Positions 12,486 through 26,203 of a DNA stretch of 64,000 nucleotides are shown here, one piece after another; the first letter of the stretch is position 1; every line of letters begins with the position of its first letter. This stretch comes from Octopus vulgaris (lineage: Eukaryota). The stretch covers positions 2,976,001-3,040,000 of the forward strand of contig OX597818.1 of NCBI GenBank assembly GCA_951406725.2. Direction: 5' to 3'. The notes under the pieces were generated by a model. That model had not been told where the DNA came from and searched no databases. It saw only the letters and a program-made list of their open reading frames with translations. The position numbers and the translations under genes are program-made.

Positions 12486-13705
12486 TTATCAATAAAATAA
12501 TAAAATTATAAAATATAATTGTGCTTATTCAGAGAGTAAGCTGTAGAAAAAACAACTGAACATGATAGAAGAAAACTGAATGTAGTTTTGAAATCAGCAT
12601 ACCAATTTTAGTTGATAATATAGTTTCTTTGGGATACTTAATTAATTACATAAAGGCCCTTATAAATACTAAGATCAGGAGGGTGGAACACTATAGGAAA
12701 AGGGATAAATAGATTAATTACTAAAACCATGATGAAATCTGACCAACTAGGCAGGAAAATTCATATGGATAGTATACTAACTCTGTGTAGCAAACTAACT
12801 AACTAACTATACCATATAGCTTTTATTATATTATAATATATGCAATGTACTTTAATTTCCAAACTAAAAATATTAAAAGTAAGTTTCCATCAAATTCAGT
12901 TCAAGCATAAGACCTATAAAGTGCTACTTTTGAAAATATTTAAAAGTACAGGTGACACTATGTATGCATGATACCCTAAGGACTAATCTATTGTTAATCA
13001 GGTTGCACTTATCTTTATGTTTAAAAATTTCATATGTTTGCATAGAGCACAGCTCACACCCATATCTACTATTTCTATAAGGCTGCGCTTTTCTTATTAT
13101 TTCCCATTTAAGGCTAAACCCAATTCTGCTTTCCTTCAATTCCCAAATCTTACTAGATAATGACATACAATTCACCTTATGCTGAGGTTTAAAAGAGGAA
13201 ATGCGATTGTACAGACGTTTTTTCATAGTAATCGAGCAACCAATAAAATTACTAGTTGTAGTTATCATTGTACGTTTTTTCATAGTAATCAAACAATCAA
13301 TAAATTTACTTGTACATTTATAAATTACGTTCTGGGTAAGACATCAGCCTAATAATGGACAGTGGGATTTAACTGTACAATTGCAACTAGGAGAAATTAT
13401 TAGTATTATTAAAATTCATATTATTATTATTAATATTTTCACTATTAATATTTATATTATCAAGTACGTTCTGTTCACATCTGTTATTATCTACCCTCCC
13501 CCTTAATCGTAGTATCATTTAAATCTGCCTCTGCATCAATAGGCATACCAATAATTTCCATGCTCTTTTATAGGCAGTGGAACTACAATCTATTTTGTTT
13601 ATATTAGAAGTATTACCACTGTCACTTCTATTTTCCACTTCATCATTAATATTACTATTCTCATTTTGGGGGTTTACGTTATAGTTGACAGTACTATTAT
13701 TATTA

Positions 13706-13763
<58 letters not shown>

Positions 13764-14689
13764 TATTATTATTATTATTATTATCAACTCTGGCTAATTT
13801 TATATTCTTCTTATTTAATCTAGCTATGATGGGAAGAGTAGAATACGAGATTCTGTCTTACGTAAAAAAATTCTATTATATCTATGGGAAATAGGGAAGT
13901 GTTTTCTAAAATAGCCATAAATTTCATATATATGTTTGTGGATAAGGCACAGTTAGGGATATTGAACCAGATGAAGTTCTTACCTTCAAATTTATGGTGT
14001 AAGGGTGGGATCTACCTGTCTTATCCCTGCTCTCTCGAATCATACCTTGATTAATAGGTATGTTTATATTTCCAGTAGATTTCATATCTATGTAGGGAGG
14101 AGTAACCAATACTTTCCCATCACTACTTTTATTATCTAACCTAAGCTTCATTCCCGTTTTAATATCCCATCTCCTGTTGAAGCTTATTCTATTATTATTT
14201 AAATTGTTAGGTTTGTAGGATGCTTTTTCATTTGGTATTCTTTCACAACTAAGTAAGTTAGTAGCTCTTCTATTACTCAAACTATCATTATTTCCACTAT
14301 TAAAAGGTGCTGAACTTTCAGGACTAAGAAAAGTAATTTCCTGGTCATATCCTGCCTTAGACAAAGCAACATTGTAGTGGTAGGAATGGGTATAAAAAAT
14401 ATCATTATTTGATAATTTAGTAATTCTCCTAGCAATACTTTTAACTACCGATTTTAACACATTGGGGGGGGGGGGGGTGATTTGATAATTTGCTCATGTA
14501 TCTTGTAACCTCACCTGGTTTCCTATAGGGATGGTATAAGAATTAATGTCTAAAGTAGTATCTAAAAAATTTACTACCTTTGTGCCATATTCATATGTAA
14601 TACCTAAGTTAAAGCTTTCAAAAAATTTTCTAATTCTTTTTCTCATTCTTTCTATGACTGATTTGTTGTTGCTAGGGATGATAAATATT

Positions 14690-15083
14690 CTTTCTTTCTT
14701 TTATTCTTTTACTTGTTTCAGTCATTTTTGACTGCGGCCAGCAACTCGACCCTGGGACTTATTCTTTTGTAAGCCCAGTACTTATTCTATCGATCTCTTT
14801 TGCCAAACCACTAAGTAACGGGGACATAAACACACCAGCATCGGTTGTCAAGCAATGCCAGGGGGACAAACACAGACACACAAACACACACATGCATACA
14901 TATATATATATACATATATACAACAGGCTTCTTTCAGTTTCCGTCTACCAGATCCACTCACAAGGCTTTGGTCGGCCCGAGGCTATAGTAGAAGACGCTT
15001 GCCCAACATGCCATGCAGGGGGACTGAACCCAGAACCATGTGGTTGGTAAACAAGCTACCAACCACACAGCCACTCCTGCGCC
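14690..15083 (-). mobile_element. tRNA-derived SINE, family A (ggcgcaggagtggctgtgtgg head)
   Basis: A-box tggctgtgtgg, B-like gggttcagtccc, internal (TA/TG)n, 3' cagtcaaaaatgactgaaacaag; same as 34588-35020. Confidence 0.92.
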
Positions 15084-16190
15084 TATGGAGCATCATCTTT
15101 AATATAAACCACCCTGTAATTCAGAGATTTCTCTATTGAGGCACCTTAAAAGGTACATACCAACTAGGTTAGTGATTTTAGCCGAGTCACTCAAGCCCAT
15201 AACTATACCAAAGTTTTCGGGGGTATCAGCCCTAGTCCAAAGTTTACCCTCAAATTCTATGATAGTTCTTCTAGCTAAAAGAATAATGTCGATTTTATCC
15301 CTTGTTATAAGAGAGAGGTTTTTAGCAAAAATTAGAGATTTGTTGAGAAGAATAGCCCCTATTCTTCTCAACAAATAAAGGAATTTATTAGATCATACTG
15401 GAATAATAACTGTTAATGTCAAATTGAATAAAAAAAATAATTACTTATGTTATCAATGGATTTAAACCAATGTATTACTTCATCTGTATCAAACCATAAT
15501 TTGAGAGCTAGGTTGGGAATTATAAGGGGTAGTATATTATCCAGAATAGATTTGCTAAATTGACCAATATTGGACTTAGTCGGGCAAATTTGTCTTACAG
15601 TAGGATTATCATGGAAGTTCTTGTGGTCTTTTAGGTTAATCATTGGTTCACTTGATTTTAAGGGTTCTGTTCTGTCTGTTAAGTCATATTCTATCATAAC
15701 TTCTTTAATTTTTAAATTAATGTTTGATAGATTCTTTTTCGATATTATTTTATATTTAGCGTTGAGTTCCTTCATTATTAGTTTCCTATAGGTGGTATAG
15801 GTAAGTCTATATAAGTTTACAGTTTTATCTGCTGGGACCAGAATTCCTGGTTTGTTATGCAACGATTTAATAAATTCCTTTAGTTTCCTCAGATATAAGT
15901 ATTTTCTAAGTGGGTGTTCCTTGAATTTTTGATTTTAATCACCTTATTTTGAAACTGTATGGATAATACTGTACTAAATTCTAGTGCCTCAACTTAAGTA
16001 CCTAATTCATCTTAATCTAAATTTTTGCTTATATATATGTTAATATGTCACTTAGGCTTAGCGAGACTAATAACCTGATGTAGAACTCAATATCTTTATG
16101 GTCCAGAACACAATGTTATATGAGTATAAATGGTAATAGAAACAAAGAGATGACACCAGAAAAACTAAATGTTATGTAATGAACTTTATT

Positions 16191-16272
16191 ACCTTACAGC
16201 TGTTTTAGCTATAAGAAGTGGTGGACTCTTAGTTAAATACCAGTATAATATCCTATAGCTTCCTCAAAACCT
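16191..16272 (-). ncRNA. Degenerate hammerhead motif in the PLE pseudo-LTR
   Basis: tTGAGGA-agctata...tatagct-aAAAC-agct-GTA-aggt; C3 and G12 mutated. Confidence 0.55.
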
Positions 16273-17411
16273 TGATTGTGAAGTGCACTTCAATTGGGAA
16301 AGTTACATTTTCAGAACATATAGGCATAATGAGTGAGAAAGTTTATGTTGATAGCTATGGACAGTTCTACCCCAAGGTAGGAAAAAAGTATGCAAATATA
16401 CACTTGTACTTAAGATAGAATTAGAAATGAGATATATGGGTACATGTGCACACTAATTCATGTACATATATATATATATGCACACAGGTATACACACACA
16501 CACATATGAGATGTTCATTAAAGATTTCCCCTGACACACTTTCCAAGGACTGGGATGCATAAACACACACACACACACATATATATACAGATATATACAC
16601 ATATACACACACAAAAAAGATATACAAAAACTCATAGCCATATGTAACATGCATACATACACATTATTTAATATTAAATATTCCATATAAAGGTAAAAAT
16701 TAATTACTTATTTAAAGTATCTATATTCATATTCCTATTTATCATGTGCACCAAAATTTATACAAATATATAAAGAAATAAAAAAAAATTACATAAACAC
16801 ATCAAAGTTCACATCCCTACAAACATATATACACCCAAATATATATGTTTATAATTTAAAATGGCTATCTAGACATAGAATATATTCATTTCATATATAA
16901 TGAAACAGGTATGTTTTCTTATATATAACATTTACTTTTAAACGTGTATAGTTATAATCAATATTAGTCTGTTAACATCCTGTTAGATTATTCTGGGTAT
17001 TAAACCATTATACTGTATATGTATATTTAGTTGATATTCTTCTATTATAATGCCTGCTATTACCTATTATCTTAATATATTCAATTCTATCTATAGTTCA
17101 AAACTAGGGTTTAAATTTATATTTATTATAATTTTTAAGTAACATCAAATTCATTAATACATAATTTAAGTTCATTAGATTGTCTAAATTTAATAAATAG
17201 ATAATTATTTATATGCTTACAAGAAAAAACATTTTTTATTTCTCAAGATAATAATGTTTTCTTTTCCTTTCATTATTTTATAATTTTCTTCTAAGCATAA
17301 TCTACAGAATTTAGGGTTAATTTTATAACTAGGTGCATTTGCTAATATCTTCCACTCAATTGTGTAAATAACTTTATTTCTTTTCAGGTGCCATATTATA
17401 CTATATATATA

Positions 17412-17733
17412 TGAGACCCCCTTCGGTCACGACATTGACCATGAGATTGCACCTAGAAAGTTACCCTCCCAGGCACAAGTCCGGGCAAGGTTGTTTATGG
17501 AAGACCAGCAGTCACGCATGCATACCGGCCTCCCCTTTCCATGCCACCAGTGTTATCCAAGGGAAAGGCAAAGGCCGATACAACTTGGCACCTGTGATGT
17601 TGCAACTCATTTCTACAGCTGAGTGAACTGGAGCAACGTGAAATGAAGTGTTGCTCAAGAACACAACATGCAGCTTGGTCCGGGATTCGAGCTCACAACC
17701 TCACAACTCTAACCACTGAGTCATGTGACTTCA
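17412..17733 (-). mobile_element. tRNA-derived SINE, family B
   Basis: Minus strand tgactcagtggttagag...gagctcgaatcccgg A/B boxes; 5' part shared with 57330-57613. Confidence 0.8.
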
Positions 17734-17807
17734 CATATATATATATATATATACATGTACAGAGAAAAAAATTACATATACATATAAATATATATATATA
17801 TATATAT

Positions 17808-18005
17808 AGTTAATCCAAACATGAACAAAAAGAAAACACACCAATGCGAGGATGTGGAACAAGTATAGTGTTATTGGACGCTCAGGAAAGGAAAGAAAGA
17901 AGGAGGATTTAACGTTTCGAGCAGGGCTCTTAGTCAGAAACATAGAAAAAGGAAAGGTCCAAGGGAAGACAGAGAAAGAAAATTGCCAACGATACACATG
18001 CAGTC
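17808..18005 (-). mobile_element. ~190-bp non-coding element with hammerhead-like motif (copy 1; copy 2 at 34025-34215)
   Basis: CTGACtA-a-gagc(cct)gctc-GAAAC-GTT on the minus strand at 17911-17937; flanked by (TA)n. Confidence 0.7.
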
Positions 18006-18077
18006 ACATATTGAAATTATATATATACATGTACAGAGAAAAAAGTGTACAGAGATATTTCTAGATAATTCTATATA

Positions 18078-20535
18078 TCATCATCATCAATTAATGTCCA
18101 TATCCATCCTGGCATGGGTTGGATGGTTTGACCAGGGCTGGCAAGCTAGAAGACTGCATCAGACCCCAGTTTGATTTTATATGATTTCTAGGGCTGGATG
18201 CCTTCCCTAATGCCAACCACTGCAAGAGTTTAATGGGTGCTTTTACGTGCCACTGATATGGGTGCTATTTGCGTGATACCACTATTTGCCATGACTGTGA
18301 TTTTGCTTGGCTTGATAGGTCATTTTTCCAGCACGACATAATGCCAAACGTCTAGGTCATTGCCTCCATGAGGCCTAATACTTGAAAGGAGCTCAGCCAC
18401 TTTCCTCCATGAAGCTCAATACCCAAAAGTTGCTTTTTATTTGCCACCAGTATGAGTTCTAGTTACACCAGCATCAGCCACATGACACCAGCATTAGCAA
18501 CAACTACAATTTCACTTGGCTTGACAGGTCTTCTCAAACACAGCATATTGCCAAAGGTCTTGGTCATTAGTCATTGCTTCTGTGAGGCCTGAAGTTCGAA
18601 GATCCTGCTTCACCACCTTGTCCCATGTCTACCACAGATTCCCTCCACAGGTAGAGATTGGCACTTCTTTACACAGCTGTCCTCATCCATATGCATCACA
18701 TGACCATACCAGTGCAGTCGTCTCTCTTGCACACCACATCTGATGCCTCTTATGCCCAATGTTTCTCACAAAATGGTTACATTCTGTTGAACATGCACAC
18801 TAACATTGCACATCCAGAGAAGCATACTGGCTTCCTTTCCTTCAAGCCTACACATATTCTTGGCTGTCACAGCCCATGTTTGACTGCTATGTAGCATAGC
18901 TGTACACACACAGGCATCATACAATTTGTCTTTTACTCTGAGAGAGAGGCCCTTTGTTGCCAGTGGAGGTAGGAGCTCTCTGAACTTTTCCCAGCCTAAT
19001 CTTATTCTCACAGCTATGCTTTTGGAGCATCCACCACCACTACTAACTTGGTCACCTAGATAAGGTAAGCTATCTACTAACTCTAGCTTACCCCACTGGC
19101 AATTGATGGAGTCTATTTTCTGTACATTTTTGGTGTTTATTGTACCTGTGCATCTTCTAAACACAAACACTATTTTCCCTGTTAATCTTCCTCTGATATT
19201 GCTGCACCTCTTATGTGTCCAAAGCTTACACTGGGTACATCTTATGGAATTTCTACCCATGCCTTTTCAACAAATTCAGCAGGGTCAGCTACCTGAAGGA
19301 ATTTGTGATTTGTCTGCCTTCTTACTAAGATTTTGATTTTTGCCAGGTTAATTCAAAGGCTCTTTGATTCTAGACATTGCTTCCATACCTGAAACTTCTT
19401 TTCTAGTTCTGGTAGTGATTCAGCTACAAGAACAAAGTCATCAGCATGGAGGAGCTCCCAGAGGCAGCCCGTCTTAAATTCCTGTTATTGCCTGGAGGAC
19501 TATGATGAGCAAGAGGGGGCTGAGGGCTGATCCTTGGTGAACCCCTACTTGTGCCCCGAATGCTTTGCTGTACTCATTGCCAATCCTCACCTTACTGGTA
19601 GCGTCCCTGTACATGACTTGTATGGCCCTCACTAACAACTCGTCTATCTCTAGTTTCCACCATGACCACCAAATTAGGGATTGGGGGACCCTGTTAAAGG
19701 CTTTCTCCAAGTCAACAAAAGCCAGGTACAGAGGTTTATCTTTGGCTAGGTATTTCTCCTGCAGCTGCCTTACCAGAAATATATATTTCTTTACTACCCA
19801 CAAGGGGCTAAACACAGAGGGGACAAACAAGGACAGACAAAGGGATTAAGTCGACTACATCGACCCCAGTGCGTAACTGGTACTTAATTTATCGACCCCG
19901 AAAGGATGAAAGGCAAAGTCGACCTCGGCGGAATTTGAACTCGGAACGTAACGACAGACGAAATACGGCTACGAATTTCGCCCGGCGTACTAACGTTTCT
20001 ACCAGCTCGCCGCCTTACCAGAAATATAGCATAGTAGTGCTTCTCCCTGGCACAAAACCAAATTGCATCTCATCTAGACTAACTCTCTCCCTAATGTGTT
20101 GGGCTATGACCCTCTCCATAACTTTCATCACCTCATCCAACAATTTGATACCTTTGCAATTATTTCTATCTAAAGCATCATCTTTACTTTTGTAGCAATT
20201 TACTATGGGTATGACTCCTTCATGAACCAGCTGATATACAATATGGGTGACTAGACCATAACTCACACTGCAAAATATTTTAAGCATCTCAGTGTTGATT
20301 CCTGATGGGCCGGGAGCTTTCCTTGTCTTCATATCTTTAGTTGCTTTATCTACCATGGAACTGTCGATTCAGGTAGCTGGTTCCTCTATTGGGTCAATAT
20401 CTGGCAGACTCTCTTCCTCTTATACATTCTCCACATTCAGCAGTCCTTCATAATGGTATTTCCAAGCCTCTTTCTTTGCAGAATCATTAAATGCACATGT
20501 GCCATTATCCATGTGAACACATTTCTCTCCCATAA
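18078..20535 (-). mobile_element. RTE-clade LINE, 5'-truncated, with a SINE insertion
   Basis: ORFs 20015-20356, 19474-19830 (LAFVDLEKAF, GVHQGSALSPLL), HADD at ~19440, 18766-19260; (TGA)n tail at ~18080. Confidence 0.93.
19784..20014 (-). mobile_element. Young tRNA-derived SINE, family C, with TSD
   Basis: Head ggcggcgagctggtagaaacgttag, B box gagttcaaattcc; TSD ttaccagaaatata at 19770-19783 and 20015-20028; CpG-rich. Confidence 0.95.
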
Positions 20536-20539
20536 CATT

Positions 20540-23500
20540 ACATTCAAATGAATGACCAGGTAGCAGGAAAGACAAACAACAACATAAGAGATAAAACTTA
20601 AACCAAAGAATAACCTAAAGGAAAAAAATAATAATAACACTACCAATGAGGAAGGAACAAGTGGCACCAATGATTTATGTGATTTAAATGATGAAGCTCA
20701 AAAGATTTTAGATGAGTTGCAGGAAGTAATGAGTAAAGAAATAAGAAAAAGATTACCAGCATTAAAAATTATCAACAGAAGGAAGCTGCTAGATATGACT
20801 AGGAAAGTATATTCTGTTGTTAGTAGGATAGATACTAAAAATATAGGAGACACTCACTTATTGATGTATGCAGGAGGGGTAGTAATTACTAAAGATTAAA
20901 TATTTCATGAGGCAAGATTAAAAAAAGAGCAAATGTGGAAAAGGAAATTACAAAATAAATTGAAGACTTTAAGACAAGATTTGAGTAGAATAGAAGCTTG
21001 GAAACTGAACAAGTTAGGAAACACAAGATTCAAATCTTTTCTTGAGAAAAGATACTTAGTCAAAGAGAAAGGATTTGGGACAGTTATAAAAAGTTGAAAC
21101 AGCATATGATAGCAGTAGCATGTAGTCATAGAAGAGTTGAAACAGCATATGATAGCAGTAGCATCTATTCTTTTCTGATATCTGGAAGATACCAGAAAAG
21201 AATAGATCAGTATCAACAGAATAGATTATTTGAGACAGACCAGAGATTTTACAACCAAATAAATAGCGGAGAAGAAAATACTGACGATGAGAAACCTAAC
21301 ACAGAAGAAGTTAGAAAGTTCTGGAGTAATATTTGGGATAAGCCAATCAATCATAATGGAGATGCAGTATGGTTAAAGAAAGTAAGGGAAAAAGTAGTGA
21401 GTGAGAAGCAGCTAGATCTAAGACTAACTAGTGCATTAATGAGTAAAGTGTTAGGGTAAATGCCAAATTGGAAGGACCCAGAACAAGATTTAGTTCAAGA
21501 GTACTGGTTAAAGAAATTCAGTAGTTTACATGGGAAGCTTAGGGAACAACTTCAGGATTGTTTAATGGAGGAATAATACCAGTTTGGATGACTAGATGGA
21601 AAACAATACTCCTTATGAAAGATAAAAGGAAGGGTAATACAGCTAGCAATTGTAAACCAATTACTTGCTTACTATTAGTGAGGAAGCTGTTAATGAATGC
21701 ATTCACAAAGCATTTACAAGAACCTTGACAACCAGAATTTACTGCCAGAAGAACAGAAAGGTTGCAGGAAGAAGGCTAGAAGAACACATGATCTATTGTG
21801 CAAAGACAAAAGTTCTAAATGAAGTAAAAGCTAGAAAGAAAAATTTAACAATAGCATGGATAGATTATAAGAAAGCCTATGACATGATCCCACACTCATA
21901 GATAAGTGAACATTTAAGTATATTCAGTATAGCAGATAACATAAGAGAATTCATTACCTTTAGTATGAAGGAATGGAAAGTAGATCTCTACTCAGGTGAG
22001 AAGTTCTTAGGGAAAATTAATATCAAGAGAGGAATTTTCCAAGGAGACTCGTTATCCCTCTAATATTTGTCTTATGTTTGATCCCACTCAGTTTAGTATT
22101 AAGGAAGACAAAGTCAGGGTATCAGTTCAGAAATAGTAAGGGAAAAATAACCATTTGCTCTACATGGATGATTTGAAGCTTTTTAGTAAGAATGAAAAAG
22201 AGATTCCTTAATACAGACTGTAAGACTCTTCAGAAAAGATATAGGCATGGAATTTGGCATAGATAAATGTGCAATATTAGTCAAGAGAAGGGGACAGGTC
22301 GTCAACAGTGAAGGCATCCAGTTATCAGATGGCCAGACATTAAAATTATTGAAAGAATGAGAGAGAGTTATATAAGTATCTAGGAGTATTAGAATCTGAC
22401 ATAATACTAACTATAGTAATGAAAATGAAAATTGAGGAGTACATCAGAATGTGAGGAAGCTAATGAAATCAAAGCTAAATGGTCCAAATCTAGTGAAGGC
22501 TGTAAATACTTGGGCAGTATGATTACTTAGATATTCAGCAGCTTTTGTAGATTGGACAAAAACTGAATTAGCAAAGCTAGACAGAAGAACTAAGAAGGAA
22601 TTCAATATGAATGGAGGAATCAACTCAAGGGCAGAAGAAGCAAGATTATACTTACCTAGAAATGAAGGTGGAAGAGGGTTAATATCAGTAGAAGCGGGTT
22701 ATTACAATAGAAGATTGCATGGAGTTAGCTAGAGAAGACTTAGCCGCCTATGTAGGTAATAGTGAAGAAAGTTTATTAAAAGCTGTTAGAGTCACAGTGG
22801 GACATAGGGAAACCAAAAAAGAAAAAGAAGTTAAAAACCAGAAAAAAAGAATAAAAGTTATCTGATTGGCAGGAGAAGGTTTTGCATGGTAGATTCTCAA
22901 AAATAGTTGCAGCAAATAGTAGTAGTTATGGTCGCAGAAAGGAAGGATGAAAAGGGAGACAGAAAGTTTGTTAGTAGCAGCACAAGATTAAGCATTAAGG
23001 ACTAATTGGATAAAAGCCAAGATAGACAAAATCCAAGTCGATTCCCAATGTAGGTTATGCAAATCAAAAGAAGAAATCGTTACTAACATACTAAGTGAAT
23101 GTAGCATGCTGGCACAGAAAGAATAGAAAAAAAGACATAACAACCTTAGAGAGAGTAATCCACTATGAGTTATGTAAAAATCCAGGATTTGAACATACTG
23201 ATAAATGGTATGAATATGAACCTAGCAAAGTATTAGAAAGTAAGAAATATAAGATGTTGTAGGACTTAAGCATTCAGACTGACAGAGTAATAGAAGCTAG
23301 AAGGCCTGATTTAGTAGTAGTAGACAAAAGAAAATAGAAAATGCCAGATAATTGACTTTACAGTCCCAAATGATGAAAAAAATATATATGAGATGAATAA
23401 GACCTAGCCAAGACCTAGCAATTGAATTACAGAGGCTATGGAAAATGTGGGTAAACTGTATCTCAGGTACATTAAGAACTATCCCTAAAAATTTGAATAG

Positions 23501-23688
23501 ATGGATAGAGGAAATAGGCATAAAACCCAGTTTAGTACAGCTCCAGAAAATAGTTTTGTTAGGATGGTCAGCTAGGATGGTTCTTGGCATCTAAGGTTAC
23601 TTGTAGCCCGATGTTAGGAATTTTTCTTTTCTAACAGTCTAATCTGTTGTGTATATATAAATAATAATAATAATAATAATAATAATAA
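20540..23688 (+). mobile_element. R4/Dong-like LINE (RT + restriction-like endonuclease), disrupted, (TAA)n tail
   Basis: IAWIDYKKAYDMIPHS, KRGIFQGDSLSP, HLLYMDDLKL, YKYLG, CRLC...LSEC..LAQ, RRPDLVVVDK; (AAT)n at 23659-23688. Confidence 0.92.
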
Positions 23689-24570
23689 GGGTTTATCATA
23701 GCAGCTCAAGAACAATGCCTACCAACAAGAAACTACCAGGCCAACATATTAAAGAACGGCAGTAGCCCAACATGTCGTGTATGTCAACAACAAAATGAAA
23801 CCATTGATCATGTTGTCTCCAAGTGCAAGAGTATCTCAACAGGCATGATAGAGCTGCACAATATATTCACTGGGTAATTTGCAAAAACCTGGATTTGCCC
23901 CATGAAAAAAACTGGTGGGAACACAAACTACCTCCAGTGCTTGAAAATGACCACATCTCACTCCTCTGGAACTTCACCATTCAAACTGACAGAAAGATAG
24001 ATGCAAATAAGCCAGACATCATATTGAAAGACTTCAGACAAAGAACATGCCTCCTCATTGATATGACTGTCCCAATCGATATAAACGTATCTGTCAAGAC
24101 CTACCAAAAACTGAGCAAATATAAAGATCTTGAAATAGAAATCAGCAAAATGTGGAACCTGAAGACTAAAACAATACCTGTTGTCATAGGTGCCCTGGGA
24201 ATAATAGCGAAAGGGGCTGATTGCTACCTAACTCAGATACCAGGAAACCCCAAAATGGCAGAAATTCAAAAGATAGTGCTCATGAGAACTGCTCATATCC
24301 TACGCAAAATACTTTCTATGTAATCTCAAGGTTTAAAACAAACAAGTTTTATTTTATTTATTTATTTATTTTTATGTTATTTATTTATTTATTTATCTAT
24401 TTTTATTTATTAGACATTCACTAGTACAACGCCAAAAAAAGACCCCAAATATATGGCACACTAGGCATAACAACAACGTGAACTTCCAGCCTGTTGTCTC
24501 TTCAGGTCTCTGGGTGAGACTTGGAGCCAACTTGTACAAATATAAAACAAAAGTCAAACATAGAATAATA
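23689..24570 (+). mobile_element. Second R4/Dong-like family, 3' RLE fragment
   Basis: GFIIAAQEQCL.TRNY...CRVC...ETIDHVVS, RHD, KPDI..KD, LIDMTVP, K..KYKDL; ORF 23823-24323. Confidence 0.9.
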
Positions 24571-25319
24571 ATAATAATAATAATGATAATAATAATAACA
24601 ATACATCCTACGCAAAACATTTTCAATACAGTAACCATCAGAGCATCACAGCAAATCACAGCACATACCCAAGGTACACAGAGCTGTGCTCAGTAGTGAA
24701 GTGAAAGCATGCTATAAAAAATAAACTTTGGAAACAGCAATGCCACCATAGGTTACGTGGAAATGATGAACATGTTTTCAAGGGAGATAATCAAAGAACA
24801 TTACATTGTAGTACTTCATGTAAAGTAAATATAACAAATGAAAAGTCCCTCAAGAATCTATGAAAATTCCCAGATCACTACCAAAATTTCATCATCTGTT
24901 TCTTGTGTCATTACCAACTTTTTCTGCAAGTTTCATCAAATACCATTCACAACTTTTTGAGTTATTTTGCACACAGACAGACAAAACAACGTTGATGAAA
25001 ACATAACTTCCTTGGCAGAGGGAATTAGAGTAAATGGATGGCTTTCAGATTTAGAGTTAGGTATGATAAAAAGAGACATTGCAATGGAATTTGACAGAGG
25101 TGAACTCAATGAAGAAAAATTAGATAAATGAATAGATGAAATGCAAAGAGATGAGGCATTGGTGGAAGCTGAAAACAATGATCAAAATAACACAAAGAAA
25201 GTCAGGAATATAAGTAAAGAGAAAGTAAGGTTATATGGAGAAACATTTACACCTTCAGTTTATGAAGAATACTGAGGCAGAAAGCAGTAAAGACACTTGG
25301 AATTATAAAAAGGAATTCT

Positions 25320-25960
25320 CAAAACTGAGATAGAAGGATGAATCATGGCAGCTCAGGATCAAGCCCACTGGACAAATACTGCAAAATGTAGGGCAGGGGA
25401 TCAATGTGTCAACATAGTGCAGGTTGTGTGATGAACAAGAAGAAACAGTGACCCACCTGGTAAGTGAATGTTCCAAACTTGTACAGAAACAGTACAAATA
25501 TAGGCAACATGATAATATTACAAAGATTGTGTGCTAGGAAATGTGTAAGAAGTATGAACATGCACCTGAAAAAGTGACTGAGAATGATGAGGTTAAACTT
25601 CTTTGGGACTTTCTTATCCACACAGATCATGTCCTAGAGCATAACAGACTAGAGATCTTGGTGTTTGAGGAGATGGAACAAACTTGCTACATAATTGATT
25701 TTGCTTCTCCATTTTATACAAGAATAAAAGAAAAAGAAAACAAAGTAGATATACACCAGGATCTGAAAAGAGAGATAAACACTGTGGGGTTCCAGAAAAA
25801 ATGAGGTTCTACCAATTCTCATTGGAGCCTTCGGAATTACAGGGAAGAAACTCAAGAAGTATACAGAAAAGATTGGCTTGTAGAAGCACATAGAATACAT
25901 GCAACTGGCCTGCTTGTTAGGAATGGTGAACATCATTTGAAAGATCTTGGATGGCTGAGG
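25320..25960 (+). mobile_element. Third R4/Dong-like 3' RLE fragment
   Basis: MAAQDQA...CRLCDEQEETVTHLVSECSKLVQKQYKYRQHD...LLWDFLIHTDH...IIDFASP. Confidence 0.85.
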
Positions 25961-26203
25961 TCACAGGTGGTGACTCTATCCAAGAGTGCACATAACTAAA
26001 TGAGTGACCATCCAGAGTGAACATAGCTAAATGAGTAAACATACTACCACAGGAGTGAGAGACAAAAAACTTTGAAGCAATAGGGATCACAGGGATCGTG
26101 GTCATTAGACCAGTAGTTTCCTGCATATGATTGGCTAATGAGATACTCTGAAGGAACAAATTTCACATAAATATACATACATACATACTCATATATAAAT
26201 ATA

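Larger units (their letters stand above)
12900..16300 (-). mobile_element. Penelope-like element (Naiad-like RT + GIY-YIG), disrupted, interrupted by a SINE
   Basis: VPADKTVNLY, LKDHKNF.DNPTVR.I.PTKS.IG, FGIVMG, YxDD region, VNFLDTTL, CNC...CPL.G.CL...VIY, FIG, CELC..., CIH; degenerate hammerhead upstream. Confidence 0.92.

Noticed and set aside
13330-13390. In-frame TGA in the PLE Cys knuckle (CPLLG*CL) as possible selenocysteine, as reported for some Naiad elements
   Set aside because: The TGA is at the variable residue before Cys, consistent with CGA decay. The element has many other lesions and no SECIS was recognised.
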